64,000 nt of DNA from Pseudomonadota bacterium. Lineage in GTDB: Bacteria > Pseudomonadota > Gammaproteobacteria > QQUJ01. Shown here piece after piece: positions 63,492 through 64,000 of this stretch. Within the stretch, counting starts at the first letter, position 1. Each line of letters opens with the position of its first letter. The stretch spans positions 248,680 to 312,679 of the forward strand of contig QQUJ01000018.1 of NCBI GenBank assembly GCA_008501635.1. Direction: 5' to 3'. Both the position numbers and the translations under genes were made by a program. The notes under the pieces were generated by a model. That model was not told the DNA's origin, did no database searches, and saw nothing but the letters and a program-made list of their open reading frames with translations.

Positions 63492-64000
63492 ATGGCGATG
63501 AAGGTTTACTACGATAAGGACGCTGATCTGTCCATCATCCAATCAAAGAAAGTGGCCATTCTTGGCTACGGTTCGCAAGGCCATGCCCATGCGAACAACC
63601 TGCAGGACTCCGGTGTTCAGGTAACGGTCGGTTTGCGTGCCGGGTCCGCATCGGCGGCGAAGGCCGAGAAGGCCGGGCTCACCGTAAAACCGGTGGCGCA
63701 AGCCGTCGCCGAAGCAGATGTGGTGATGGTATTGGTTCCCGATGAGCACCAGGCGCGGCTTTACCGTGAAGATATCGCTCCGAATATCAAGCAGGGAGCG
63801 GCATTGGCGTTCGCCCATGGCTTCAATATCCACTTTGGCCAGATCGAGCCGCGTGCCGATCTGGATGTGATCATGGTTGCTCCCAAAGGTCCCGGACACC
63901 TGGTGCGTTCGACCTACAAGCAGGGCGGCGGTGTGCCGAGCCTGATCGCCGTTGCGCAAAACGCCAGTGGTCAGGCCAAGGAGATTGCGCTTTCTTACGC
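63492..64000 (+). CDS. ilvC: ketol-acid reductoisomerase; the 3' end lies outside the window
   Basis: (MA)[35 protein letters not shown] is a textbook IlvC N-terminus with its Rossmann motif. Confidence 0.9.
   Translation, partial: MAMKVYYDKDADLSIIQSKKVAILGYGSQGHAHANNLQDSGVQVTVGLRAGSASAAKAEKAGLTVKPVAQAVAEADVVMVLVPDEHQARLYREDIAPNIKQGAALAFAHGFNIHFGQIEPRADLDVIMVAPKGPGHLVRSTYKQGGGVPSLIAVAQNASGQAKEIALSY

Overview
This is a GC-rich (~60-65%) chromosomal segment of a gammaproteobacterium, with 59 annotated genes (one frameshifted relic), 1 low-confidence ORF and 9 regulatory sites. No tRNA, rRNA, CRISPR array, transposase, integrase or phage gene was recognised.

Housekeeping blocks follow an order I recall from Pseudomonas-type genomes (from memory, not a database search):
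- pyrC-rnt-grxD
- motY-argG
- dcd-apbC-metG
- rnfABCDGE-nth
- DUF3108-purN-purM-DUF2066-hda-wrbA-arsC-like ... acyP ... proS
- ilvIHC

Between these blocks sit lineage-specific inserts:
1. A complete PHA locus with a class III synthase: phaE-phaC, a hexapeptide-repeat protein, then convergent phaB-phaA-phaP-phaR. An embedded two-gene c-di-GMP signalling module lies inside it: a response regulator with a CheC-like domain plus a PAS-GGDEF cyclase.
2. A pyruvate:ferredoxin oxidoreductase (nifJ/ydbK type) with an adjacent dihydroorotate-dehydrogenase-like gene.
3. A 1613-aa NAD-specific glutamate dehydrogenase lying directly behind an unusual single ORF. That ORF fuses the N-terminal ~480 aa of pyruvate dehydrogenase E1 (AceE) to the C-terminal catalytic domain of E2 (AceF); no lpdA is present.
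4. A locus with two lipoproteins, a ~540-aa protein with a C-terminal PilZ domain, acylphosphatase and an orphan GspE/PilB-family ATPase.
5. A degraded methyl-accepting chemotaxis gene relic.
6. A hemerythrin-like ORF inserted between metG and apbC.

An FNR/Anr-type regulator, Rnf, PFOR and an inferred loss of PDH together suggest anaerobic or microaerobic, ferredoxin-based pyruvate metabolism. Many long ORFs in the six-frame track are antisense shadows of real genes and were rejected.
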